Position numbers and translations under genes: made by a program. The notes under the pieces are model-generated. The model did no database searches, had not been told where the DNA came from, and worked only from the letters and a program-made list of their open reading frames with translations. Positions 48,175 through 57,868 of a stretch of DNA of 64,000 bases are shown here, in pieces. The number at the start of each line of letters is the position of its first letter. Within the stretch, counting starts at the first letter, position 1. This DNA comes from Bdellovibrionota bacterium (GTDB taxonomy: Bacteria > Bdellovibrionota_C > UBA2361 > JBGSMV01): contig JBGSMV010000047.1 in assembly GCA_041739995.1 (NCBI GenBank), forward strand, positions 32,001-96,000, read 5' to 3'.

Positions 48175-49052
48175 TAGCTGCTCCCAAGCGCTGCGTACGC
48201 ATTTTTAACAAAATCAGAGACTAGAACTGAATCAATTCTATCAGTGTCAGCACCCAACTTGCCGCCATTTTTACTGGCCACAGAGGAGCGAACTCCGCTT
48301 TCTACATCGAAGGAAATCTCAGCCAGAGGGAAGATTTTCATCAAAGTCTCATCAGACGCCAACTGCTGCACACGCTGGGCTATATTTTTCGGATTAAGCC
48401 CGCCAGAAATCGCCAATTTCGATTGCGGGGCATTCGCTCGGAGAAGCTCCGCCACACTCCGCACGTCTTCAATCAAAAATTCCAGTCCCGCCCCACCGGA
48501 TCTATCAAGCAAGAACGTATCAGCCACGCCTGCCAGCCCATGAACATATTGAGCTGCTTGATTCTCAGGCAACGAGAGCAACGCCTGGCTCAACGGAAAT
48601 ACTAAAGAGATATTCTCGAACTGATTTTTTAACTTCTCACACTCATGCGGCGGCACTACTGCATTTATCTGAACAATCAGGTCGGGCGAATCGAGCATCG
48701 ATAGCAGCGCGGGCAAGGTCGAATGAATGGGTAAAAAGAAGGCTTCTAATTGAGACAGCGATGAGCCGCCCACACTGCCACGACTACGGTCTTGAAGATC
48801 AAGATGCAGCGCGGCCTTGAATCCCCGTGCCCCTGCGCGGACTATTCCAGCTTTCAGCACCGTTACTGACTCAACCTTTCGTGGAGACCACTTGACCTCC
48901 GCAGCAATAGTGTGTGCATCGACCGCAAACCCGAAACAAGGAGAATGGGTTGCGCCGTTGGCCGATGGCAACCACCGATCAAAAGCTTCAACCGCACCCT
49001 CGATATCAGCGAGAGATTGCAGTGCGCTTATACAAAGATAGGGTTTATTCAT
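48174..49052 (-). CDS. TrpF-like TIM-barrel protein
   Basis: IVQIN, FLLDRSGGAG, AISGGLNPKNI, FDVESGVRS; divergent N-terminal half. Confidence 0.65.
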   Translation of the reverse strand: MNKPYLCISALQSLADIEGAVEAFDRWLPSANGATHSPCFGFAVDAHTIAAEVKWSPRKVESVTVLKAGIVRAGARGFKAALHLDLQDRSRGSVGGSSLSQLEAFFLPIHSTLPALLSMLDSPDLIVQINAVVPPHECEKLKNQFENISLVFPLSQALLSLPENQAAQYVHGLAGVADTFLLDRSGGAGLEFLIEDVRSVAELLRANAPQSKLAISGGLNPKNIAQRVQQLASDETLMKIFPLAEISFDVESGVRSSVASKNGGKLGADTDRIDSVLVSDFVKNAYAALGSS

Positions 49053-49081
49053 TGAAACGCTCGAAACGCCTTCGCGGAGCT

Positions 49082-51115
49082 TTAAGCTGAAGGCGCACGC
49101 GGAAGCCGAGCGCACACTGCCTGATAGACTCGCTCCACGCTCTCTTCCAAAGTAAGAAGTCCCGTATCAATCGAGAGATCTGGGTTCTTCGGCGCTTCAT
49201 AGGGTGAACTAATTCCCGTGAACTCTTCAATCTCCCCCTTACGCGCACGTGCGTACAATCCGTGCGGATCCCTTGCCTCGCACACCTCAATCGAAGTGCT
49301 CACGTACACCTCGATGAATTGATCGCTGCCCACTATCTGCTTTGCCCTCTCACGATCTCGCGCGAAGGGTGAGATGAATGAGCACAGGGTAGTAATCCCT
49401 GCATCATTAAACAGCTGAGCAACCTCCGAGACCCTTCTCACGTTCTCAATGCGATCATCCTCGGAAAATCCAAGATCTCGATTCAATCCAAAACGGAGAT
49501 TGTCACCGTCAAGTCGGTAGCAGGCTCTGCCTTCTGCTAAGAACTTCCGCTCAAGCGCTTTCGCCAAGGCAGATTTGCCAGCGCCCGAAAGACCGGTGAA
49601 CCAGACCGTCCCGGCTTTAAATCCGAGAGCACTTTCGCGAGCATTGCGATCCACTGCTCCATCCTCACGGTGGATGTGAACTGAGGTAGGAATAGTTTTC
49701 TCCGGAGTACCACGAGGCGCAATCTCAGGAAGAAACTCATGGTCATTACGATCGACCACCATACCACCAGCCAAAGTGGCATTAGTGTCAGGATCGATAA
49801 TAATAAAACTTCCGGTACTTCTATTTCCTCTATAGGTATCAAGGAAAAGTGGCTGAGGAGAGGTAATGTTCACCCGACCAACGTCATTAAGGGCGAGCAC
49901 ATCACTCGGGTCTCGGTTGAGCGTGTGCATATCAATTCGGTACTGCACTGCATCAATGTAAGCCGGGGTGCGCTGGGTGGTGTGCATCACCAAATATCGC
50001 TTACCGCGCTGCAGAGGCCGATCGCTCATCCACACCAGCATAGCTTCGAAACTGTGCTTTACCTGCGGCAACGCTCCACTGCGAACTAGCATCGCACCGC
50101 GACCCACATCGACCTGCCCTTCCAGTGAAATAGCGGCGGACATAGGAGCAAAAGCCGTCGGTACAGACACCACTCCTTTTCCAGACTCAAAGAGCTCAAT
50201 GTTAGAAACTTTGGTGGTACGCATCGACGGCAATACCGTTACTTCGTCGCCTACCGAGATAGATCCAGAAGAAATCTTTCCCGCATAGCCACGGAAGTCT
50301 GCTTTATCGCGCAACACCAGCTGCACTGCAAAGCGGAATTCTTTTGACGGATCGCTGCGGCGCACCGCAACCCGCTCTAAGCATTCGAGCAAAGTCGGCC
50401 CCTCATACCAATCCATGTGGTCACTACGTGCCACAATATTGTCACCAAGTAACGCGGCAACCGGAATGAAGTGAACCTCTCGAATGCCTAGTTTCGAAGC
50501 GAGGGTACTAAGGTCTGCTTTAATTTCATCGAAGATGCGCTGTGAGAAGTCGACTAAGTCCATCTTGTTGATGGCAACCACGAAAGACGAAACACCAAGC
50601 AGAGAAGCAATGAAGGCGTGGCGCCGGGTCTGAACCAAAACACCTTTGCGCGCATCTATCAAAATTACCGTCACATCGGCCGTCGAGGCACCGGTAGCCA
50701 TGTTTCTGGTGTACTGCTCATGACCTGGCGAATCAGCCATGATGAAATGACGATGCGGGGTAGAAAAGTAGCGATAAGCAACGTCAATGGTGATGCCCTG
50801 TTCGCGCTCTGCCTTTAATCCGTCAGTCAAAAGTGCGAATGAAAGCGCACCCTTTTTGCCTTCGCGCTCGCTGGCCTTTCGAACAGATTCGAGGTGATCC
50901 TCGTACAAGCTTTTGGTGTCATGCAATAGTCGGCCAATCAGGGTTGATTTCCCATCATCAACACTACCCGCAGTGGAGAATCTCAGCAGAGGTTTGCTTT
51001 CAGCAGGAAGCTCGAGCACTCGGACATGCCTATCTTCAGTCGATCCCATGCTCGAACCCTCATCGCCGCAGTCGGATCCCGCGGGCGAAATATTGCGCGC
51101 TTCAGAGGAACCCAT
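49082..51115 (-). CDS. cysNC: Bifunctional sulfate adenylyltransferase subunit 1 / APS kinase
   Basis: GSVDDGKST, DSPGHEQYTRNM, NKMD; C-terminal WFTGLSGAGKS, LDGDNLR, FTGISSPYE. Confidence 0.96.
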   Translation of the reverse strand: MGSSEARNISPAGSDCGDEGSSMGSTEDRHVRVLELPAESKPLLRFSTAGSVDDGKSTLIGRLLHDTKSLYEDHLESVRKASEREGKKGALSFALLTDGLKAEREQGITIDVAYRYFSTPHRHFIMADSPGHEQYTRNMATGASTADVTVILIDARKGVLVQTRRHAFIASLLGVSSFVVAINKMDLVDFSQRIFDEIKADLSTLASKLGIREVHFIPVAALLGDNIVARSDHMDWYEGPTLLECLERVAVRRSDPSKEFRFAVQLVLRDKADFRGYAGKISSGSISVGDEVTVLPSMRTTKVSNIELFESGKGVVSVPTAFAPMSAAISLEGQVDVGRGAMLVRSGALPQVKHSFEAMLVWMSDRPLQRGKRYLVMHTTQRTPAYIDAVQYRIDMHTLNRDPSDVLALNDVGRVNITSPQPLFLDTYRGNRSTGSFIIIDPDTNATLAGGMVVDRNDHEFLPEIAPRGTPEKTIPTSVHIHREDGAVDRNARESALGFKAGTVWFTGLSGAGKSALAKALERKFLAEGRACYRLDGDNLRFGLNRDLGFSEDDRIENVRRVSEVAQLFNDAGITTLCSFISPFARDRERAKQIVGSDQFIEVYVSTSIEVCEARDPHGLYARARKGEIEEFTGISSPYEAPKNPDLSIDTGLLTLEESVERVYQAVCARLPRAPSA

Positions 51116-52026
51116 TAAAAGTACCCCTCTCGCTTCTTGATCTCCATAGATCCATCAGTGTCGTGATCAATTACGCGCCCGGCGCGCTCCGAAGTGCGCA
51201 CTGCCAGCATTTCTTCTACGATTTCTGGTACCGTCTGCGCCGAAGACTTGATGGCTCCAGTACAAGGGGTACACCCAAGCGATCGAAATCGACACATGAC
51301 TCGCTCCGCCTTTTCACCCGGAAGCAGCTTTGAAGAGGCTTGAAGCGGAATTACTTGATCGCCTCGCACCACCACTTCTCGCTCTTTGGCAAAATACAGC
51401 GGCACTATAGGAATATTCTCTCTTCCGATGTAGCGCCACACGTCTATCTCAGTCCAATCAGAAAGCGGAAACACTCGGATTGACTCTCCAGGAGAGACCC
51501 GCCCATTGAACAAGTCCCACAGTTCAGGGCGCTGGTTACGAGGTTCCCACTGCCCGAACTTATCTCTGAATGAGAAGACGCGCTCTTTAGCCCGCGAGCG
51601 CTCCTCATCCCGACGAGCGCCTCCGATCGCTGCGTCATATCCACCAGCTTTGAGCCCCTGGAGCAACGCCTCGGTCCGAAGCAGCCCGCAACATCTCTGG
51701 GTCCCTAGGTCGTAAGGATTGGCGTTACCTGCAACCGCAGCTTCGTTTCTATGAACAATCAGATTCGCCCCAATCTCTTTGACGAACCAATCGCGGAAAT
51801 CATAGAGCTCTTCAAATTCAAAGGTCGTATCGACATGCATCAGAGGAAACGGGATTTGACCTCGAAAAGCCTTCTGCGCAAGTCGCAGCAAAACGGAAGA
51901 GTCTTTGCCCACGGAGTAGAGCAGCACGGGGTGCTCGAACTGGGCGAACACCTCTCGGAAGATATAAATGCTATGGGCTTCAAGCTCGTCGAGATAGCTC
52001 AAGCTATATGAGTTCGGGGAAAGCAC
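51115..52026 (-). CDS. cysD: Sulfate adenylyltransferase subunit 2
   Basis: YSVGKDS, GGARRDEERSRAKER, RNQRPELW, KKREGYF. Confidence 0.96.
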   Translation of the reverse strand: MLSPNSYSLSYLDELEAHSIYIFREVFAQFEHPVLLYSVGKDSSVLLRLAQKAFRGQIPFPLMHVDTTFEFEELYDFRDWFVKEIGANLIVHRNEAAVAGNANPYDLGTQRCCGLLRTEALLQGLKAGGYDAAIGGARRDEERSRAKERVFSFRDKFGQWEPRNQRPELWDLFNGRVSPGESIRVFPLSDWTEIDVWRYIGRENIPIVPLYFAKEREVVVRGDQVIPLQASSKLLPGEKAERVMCRFRSLGCTPCTGAIKSSAQTVPEIVEEMLAVRTSERAGRVIDHDTDGSMEIKKREGYF

Positions 52027-52404
52027 GAGACACAGACTCCGTTCGCGGCAAAAGGGTTTAAAAGACCGCGTTTTAAACTACGTTCCGAAAGGGAAGTTAC
52101 GGTAGAAATAGCTGAAATTACGCCATTTCTCAATCTACTCTGAATATGAACAAATTTAAGTAACTTAGCCCCTCTGGGGGCCCTTAAGAATGCACTTTGG
52201 CCGCGGTTTTGGCGGATCTCCTCCAGCAGTGCCCGGAAGGTTAACCGGCATCAAATCTCACCAGAAAATCAAGCAGAAGGCGCGAAGGGACTGAGAACCT
52301 TATTAACGGTTGCTCGATGTTTTTAGTGGACAAGGCCGCATTCTGGTTAGGACTTTCTATCGAGAGTCCAAGAGGGTCGTTCCACTAAGAAATTAGGCAC
52401 CACC

Positions 52405-53178
52405 CTACCAGAAAAACTCAATGCCCTTAGGGAACGCGATAAACCCAGCAACTCGCATGTCCTCCTTGTTGTAACGAAGCGGCTGTTTGGTACCCAAATC
52501 CACCACACAACAACCGGCTTCTTCGGCAATGATCTGAGAAGCTGCTACGTCCCACTCCATCGTGGTACCAAATCTCGGGTACACATCGACCAAGCCTTCT
52601 GCCAGCTTGCACATCTTTATCGCTGAGCCGCTTTTCAAGACTTCAGTAATGCCGTTTCGCTCGCAGAAAGTTCCGGTCTGTTCTGAAGAATGGAATCGGC
52701 TATCGGCGCAGATCCGATTCGTACGATCAGTTTTATAGAAAACCTTGCTCCTTCCTTCTTGGTCAATTCGAAACGCGCCTGCATTGCGCTGCGCAAAGTA
52801 CTTGATGCCAAGCGCCGGGGCAGCTACCACTCCACTGACCACCTCATGATTATCGATCAGAGCAACATTGACAGTGAATTCGTCGTCTCTTTGGAGAAAG
52901 TCCTTGGTTCCATCGAGCGGATCCACGAGCCAGAATTTCGTGAAAGTCTTTCGCTCGCTAAATGGAATAGTGGCTTCCTCAGAAACCACCGGGAGCCCAG
53001 AAATCCGCTGCAATCCTTCGACCAGAATCTCACTTGCGGCAATGTCTGCTCGGGTCACCGGGGAGGCATCGCCTTTAAGCGCCACATCAAAGTCGCCGCT
53101 ACGATACACTTCAAGAATTTCTGCAGAAGCCCTATCAACGAGGGCCAGAACCTCTTCAATCATTTCCATTGCATCCAA
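52405..53178 (-). CDS. cysQ: 3'(2'),5'-bisphosphate nucleotidase
   Basis: SPVTRAD, SEE, VDPLDGTKDF, YPRFGTTMEWDVAA. Confidence 0.93.
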   Translation of the reverse strand: MDAMEMIEEVLALVDRASAEILEVYRSGDFDVALKGDASPVTRADIAASEILVEGLQRISGLPVVSEEATIPFSERKTFTKFWLVDPLDGTKDFLQRDDEFTVNVALIDNHEVVSGVVAAPALGIKYFAQRNAGAFRIDQEGRSKVFYKTDRTNRICADSRFHSSEQTGTFCERNGITEVLKSGSAIKMCKLAEGLVDVYPRFGTTMEWDVAASQIIAEEAGCCVVDLGTKQPLRYNKEDMRVAGFIAFPKGIEFFW

Positions 53179-53187
53179 AAAAAATGT

Positions 53188-55086
53188 CTATTGAACTAGA
53201 AACTCGCGAGGACTCCACCACACAATGTTAGGCGTGTGCTCGACTGGAATCTCCATAGCAGAGTCCTCCACGATACGCGAGGATCCTCCGGTCACCGAAT
53301 TACTTGCCTTGAATTCAAGGAGTTTTTCTACCCGAACGCCTTTAGGCAGATCGAGTTCATAAATATAGGTGGCTGGCACAATCAATACAGGAGATTTTCG
53401 CTTGGCTCTACGTTTCGAGGTGAGGGTATCTCCAAGGTCAAACGAGACTACGCCACCCGAACCCACAACGCCGCGCACCTGGCGACGAGAAGCTTCGAAT
53501 TTCGCCGGGGCCAGCGGCCTATTAAGATCCTCTATGCCTCTGCGACTAAGCCGTATTTCTTGCCCCGGTCTCGAACCTAATAGCTTAAGTTGCATGCTCT
53601 GAACCTTCACGCCACTTCGCGACCCCACCTGCACGGCCACCATTTCTTTCTGCGGGCTTGATGGAAACAACCGATAACTCGCTTCGGATTGCATCAGCTC
53701 GTTACGAAGAAAATTATGTCGCTCCGCAATTATTCGTACGAGATCTTTAATAGCGGCATCCCACTCATCATTCGACAATAAATTAATTCCCTTATCGCCA
53801 GCTCCCCACTTAAGCGCACTGGCGTACATGTCGGGAGCAACGCGGTCCCGTTCTGAATTCACTAGCTCTGTAAGAGCTTGCTCCGATAACGGTCCGTGAA
53901 TCGCATTCCAGATAGCGCGATCCTTGTCTTCTCTAAACTCAGGGTTACTCAACACGACTCGGAAAAGATCATTCGGGGCCAAGTCGATAGATTTCGTGTT
54001 CTTCCAGTAATATGCGACCGAATTCCAAATAATTGGCTCCAAAAGCTTAGTACGAGGGTCAAGATACATCTTCCAATTATGCGTCTCGTCGATATGCACC
54101 GAACTGACGATCTCCAGAAGTGCCATATAAGAAGTCAGCGCTCGCATATTTGCCACAGAAGGAAGCTCATAGAAAAAATCGTAGGGATTGTGAACCCTCT
54201 GCACGATTCTTATCAGCGCAGCCATCTCATCTGGACCTTGGCTGTCTGGAAACGGCGACTGCACATCCCATGCCCCAGGTTCTGAGAACAAGCGCTCGCG
54301 AGGCACTCCGTCATAAATCTGCGCGGTAGTGATGTCTCCGTGGAACAATTTTCCTGGAGGGAGTCCTAATCGCGCCAAAAACTGCGGAGTAGCCGGCTCC
54401 AGAAGCAATCGCGCACCATTGAAAGATCCATTTAGACGAAAATGCACAAACTCAGAGTGGGGCGTAAGTATTGAGCCCATGCGACGCGACATCTCATTGC
54501 CGAGCCAGTTTTCAAATTGTGTGTCGGAACGAGGAGACATGATGTTGAAGTTCTTCAACCCCTGGAATGACCCTTCGTCCTTAAACTTAAAGTTCCAGGA
54601 CTTCCAAGGCATGCCCCAGTGGTTGATAGAAATCCCGGTATAGCGCGCTTGAACAGGGAAGCTGCCCTCTTCGAACGCAACCATCGCCTCCTTGGGAACT
54701 TTTCCACTCGCAGGAAGATCGGCGTTTAACTTCGAGAGTTCTGAAGCTGGTATTTGTAGCTCAATGGAAGGAAGCTCGGTTTTTGGATACGGATCGGCAC
54801 TGGCGGCGAACCGAAGCGAAATCATTTCGCTCCAGAGACTAAGTCCATACCAAACTCTCTCGGTGTAACTATACTTACGTTGCGCTCGCTCCCTCGGCAT
54901 ATCCGCGAGGTAATCGATGCCTTTGGCGGTCAAAAGAAGACAGAGACCCACTGCCGCTAAGACAAAAACCCAGCGCAGTCGCCGCACCCTGATTGGACCT
55001 CCACCTGAGCGCATTAAGGTCTCAGGTTCACTAGACGAATCTTCCAAATTTGGAGGTGAGTACTTATGCGCAAGGTTATCATTCAT
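53188..55086 (-). CDS. Membrane-anchored CotH kinase-family protein
   Basis: N-terminal TM; HW...KSWNFKF, FVHFRLNGSFNG, HNWKMY...EPIIW. Confidence 0.75.
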   Translation of the reverse strand: MNDNLAHKYSPPNLEDSSSEPETLMRSGGGPIRVRRLRWVFVLAAVGLCLLLTAKGIDYLADMPRERAQRKYSYTERVWYGLSLWSEMISLRFAASADPYPKTELPSIELQIPASELSKLNADLPASGKVPKEAMVAFEEGSFPVQARYTGISINHWGMPWKSWNFKFKDEGSFQGLKNFNIMSPRSDTQFENWLGNEMSRRMGSILTPHSEFVHFRLNGSFNGARLLLEPATPQFLARLGLPPGKLFHGDITTAQIYDGVPRERLFSEPGAWDVQSPFPDSQGPDEMAALIRIVQRVHNPYDFFYELPSVANMRALTSYMALLEIVSSVHIDETHNWKMYLDPRTKLLEPIIWNSVAYYWKNTKSIDLAPNDLFRVVLSNPEFREDKDRAIWNAIHGPLSEQALTELVNSERDRVAPDMYASALKWGAGDKGINLLSNDEWDAAIKDLVRIIAERHNFLRNELMQSEASYRLFPSSPQKEMVAVQVGSRSGVKVQSMQLKLLGSRPGQEIRLSRRGIEDLNRPLAPAKFEASRRQVRGVVGSGGVVSFDLGDTLTSKRRAKRKSPVLIVPATYIYELDLPKGVRVEKLLEFKASNSVTGGSSRIVEDSAMEIPVEHTPNIVWWSPREFLVQ

Positions 55087-55185
55087 GCCGAATCACTCCC
55101 TTAAATCAAAAGTGAAAATGAATAGAGCGCGGGTCAACACATCACTCTATGTCGATAGAAAAATCCAGCCTAGCGAAGCACCCGG

Positions 55186-56247
55186 TCAAGCGCTCATTGC
55201 ACCATGAGGCGCATGAGCACCAGCGGCAAAACTCGCCTTAATCTGCGTAACCAGCTCTTCTTGTCCTTTACGCTTCGCGAGCTCTTCTGGTGGCAACTTG
55301 GCGCGGAACTCTTCTTTCAATCTCTTATTTTCAGCGTCGAATTCCGCGATCTCTGCGTCAGTGAATGCTGATGTAATTGGCTTTTTGGCAAATAGTTCGT
55401 ATCCAAGGTCTTTTAAGGTCTGGCCTGCCACATTCTCAAACATTGCGAGCTGCTCCTCGGTCATTTCGGTCAAGAATTTATTACTATTCTTCGACATCAC
55501 CGGCTTGACCACATTTGCCCACATCGAGCCGGCCTGAGCGATGGACTGTGCTTCCTCGGATTGATGAAACTTCAACACCTCAGGACTAAACTCAGTGCCA
55601 ATGCGCTCGCAGATACCTTTCATCACGCCTTCTGCATCTGCAACAAGCTCTTCGTAGCGAACAGAAATAGTTCTATCAGCAGCGAATTTTCGCGTGTAAT
55701 CAAGCGCTTCGCGTTGATCCTTCGTCCATTGTTTCGCGAGATGATAAAAGTGTTTCTCGCCAACAATCGCCTTTCTAAAAGACAGCGCCACGTCGCGCCC
55801 GTCTCTAAAGAGATGAATGTACGTCGGTCGAAGGCCCGCCGCTTCGATCTGCGGGATATAAGAAACATTCGCCATGCTCTTGCAGCACCAGATTGGCTTC
55901 TGGTGCACTTCGGCCGCTCGCTCCTGAATAACGCGGTAAATCTCGATAAGAGACGGCGCGCTGCAGCGATTCATCACCTCTTCTCGATCGAGCGGAATGT
56001 TGTCCCAACTGGCGGGGTTAAGTTCTACGAATCGACATACATCCTCTACCAGCTTCGTGAAGCCACTGGCGCGCTCAGCGACCGATGATCCTAAAGCCCC
56101 ATACTGCGGAAGCATCGGCATGAACGTTTGAAGGATATGAGGCGGGTGCAAGGAAACAACTCCGGGGAGTTGATTCAACATCAGACGAAAGAGATTAGAA
56201 CCGGATCGCTGCGTACCAATGACTAAGAGACCTCGTTTGTCGGACAT
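55186..56247 (-). CDS. PAPS-dependent sulfotransferase
   Basis: 5'-PSB GTQRSGSNL; 3'-PB RDGRDVALS; VRYEELV. Confidence 0.93.
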   Translation of the reverse strand: MSDKRGLLVIGTQRSGSNLFRLMLNQLPGVVSLHPPHILQTFMPMLPQYGALGSSVAERASGFTKLVEDVCRFVELNPASWDNIPLDREEVMNRCSAPSLIEIYRVIQERAAEVHQKPIWCCKSMANVSYIPQIEAAGLRPTYIHLFRDGRDVALSFRKAIVGEKHFYHLAKQWTKDQREALDYTRKFAADRTISVRYEELVADAEGVMKGICERIGTEFSPEVLKFHQSEEAQSIAQAGSMWANVVKPVMSKNSNKFLTEMTEEQLAMFENVAGQTLKDLGYELFAKKPITSAFTDAEIAEFDAENKRLKEEFRAKLPPEELAKRKGQEELVTQIKASFAAGAHAPHGAMSA

Positions 56248-56468
56248 GAAAAGCCTACTACAAAAAAATTGACCGAAGCGCTGGAAATCTATGGGACTTC
56301 ATTCTGGCGAATATCGAGCCCTGCCCAAAACGGCGAGGCCCAAACAGCTATCTCGCTGACGAGTTTCGCATGAGCAGGAAAAGCTGGTCAAAAATCACTT
56401 CGCCCACACCACAATCCGCGTAACTAGCTAAATCTATTATGCTTACTAACCTTACAGGCAGCGCTCAA

Positions 56469-57668
56469 CTATGCTCCTAGCAGTCCAAATCCTATAAAAC
56501 CCAACAGTCCTGCGCCTGGAATGACATATGCGGTGTCGAGTTTAAAACGCACGGTAGCCACTAAAGCCAGGGTAAATATAACTACCCCCACTACTCCGTG
56601 GTCAGCCGTCTGGGCTAAAGCCACTGCTGCGCTGAAAATGAGGCCTACAATACAAGGTCTAATTCCTTTGTAGGCAGCTTTTACAATCGGAGACTCTTTT
56701 ACGCGCTGATGTAATCCGGCACACACCATCATCAAGACGGCACTCGGCAAGAAAATAGCCACTGTGGCAATCGCTGCTCCAAGGAAAGACGCCACTCGGT
56801 AACCAATAAAGGTGGCACTTATCATAATAGGGCCAGGGGTCACCTGACCCAGGGCTATGGCGTCTGCAAACTCGCGCGCAGACATCCACTGCTGCTGTTG
56901 CACGACCACTTCTTGCATCATCGGAATGAAGACGTACCCGCCACCAAACATCACCAAACTCATGCCGCTAAAACGCGTCCAAAGCTCAACAAAAATGTGC
57001 TGAGACTGCATCGCTCCTAGCCCCAAACTCAGCGCAATAATCGCTGCGCCAAGCATGAGCGGGCCTCTAACTTTCATCACTGCGTCTACCGAAATCTGGC
57101 CTTCAACAGGCGTCGGCTTATGCTTGATGAAGGCAAAGTACCCCAGGATTCCAGACGCTACGATCAGCCCAATCGCAGTCAGAAATCCGCCGATCCAAAT
57201 AAAGACAAGCAATGTTACTCCCGCGATCGCCCAATGTAGCGGGTGGCTAATGTTCTGACGAGCCATCTTCCAAGCTACCGCAACGATGATCGCAACTACC
57301 GCAGGGAGAAAGCCTCTAAAAATATTTGAGATAGCTTCAATCTCACCAAAGCGCGCATAGGCTTCGGCGAGCGCTACTAACAGCAAAAACGAGGGCAGAA
57401 TCACGGCAAGTATCGAAACTAGTGCGCCGGCCAATCCTCTTAGCTTGAAACCAATATAGGACACGACATTGACGGCGACTGGGCCTGGAAGCGTGGTTGC
57501 AAGGGCCACTCCGTCAAGCAGCTCCTCATGCTTTATCAATTTCTGTCGCTCGACGAGCTCTCGTTCTACCATGGCAACCATCGCAAGATAGCCACCGAAT
57601 GCGACCGAACCGAGTTTCAAAAATACTTTGAAAAGCGTCCACAATGAGGGGGGGGAGTCTTGTGCCAT
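56469..57668 (-). CDS. CHR-family (chromate/sulfate) transporter, two-domain form
   Basis: AFGG...LPGP and FGGGY...TPGP duplicated halves; start set at MAQDS. Confidence 0.92.
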   Translation of the reverse strand: MAQDSPPSLWTLFKVFLKLGSVAFGGYLAMVAMVERELVERQKLIKHEELLDGVALATTLPGPVAVNVVSYIGFKLRGLAGALVSILAVILPSFLLLVALAEAYARFGEIEAISNIFRGFLPAVVAIIVAVAWKMARQNISHPLHWAIAGVTLLVFIWIGGFLTAIGLIVASGILGYFAFIKHKPTPVEGQISVDAVMKVRGPLMLGAAIIALSLGLGAMQSQHIFVELWTRFSGMSLVMFGGGYVFIPMMQEVVVQQQQWMSAREFADAIALGQVTPGPIMISATFIGYRVASFLGAAIATVAIFLPSAVLMMVCAGLHQRVKESPIVKAAYKGIRPCIVGLIFSAAVALAQTADHGVVGVVIFTLALVATVRFKLDTAYVIPGAGLLGFIGFGLLGA

Positions 57669-57868
57669 AAGGAAGTACCTAAAAGTCTGCAATACGAATA
57701 GCCTAAGGCACTTTATGTCATTGGCCCCCATGGTCAACGAATCTGATTCTTTATTCTGCATGGCAGTGGCGGGTCCGCTCACTGTTAAGTATACAGTTCC
57801 AGGACTGGTCCTCACGAACCCGACGAATCCTGGTACAGTTTAAGTCCAAACACTTTTTCACCTTACTC

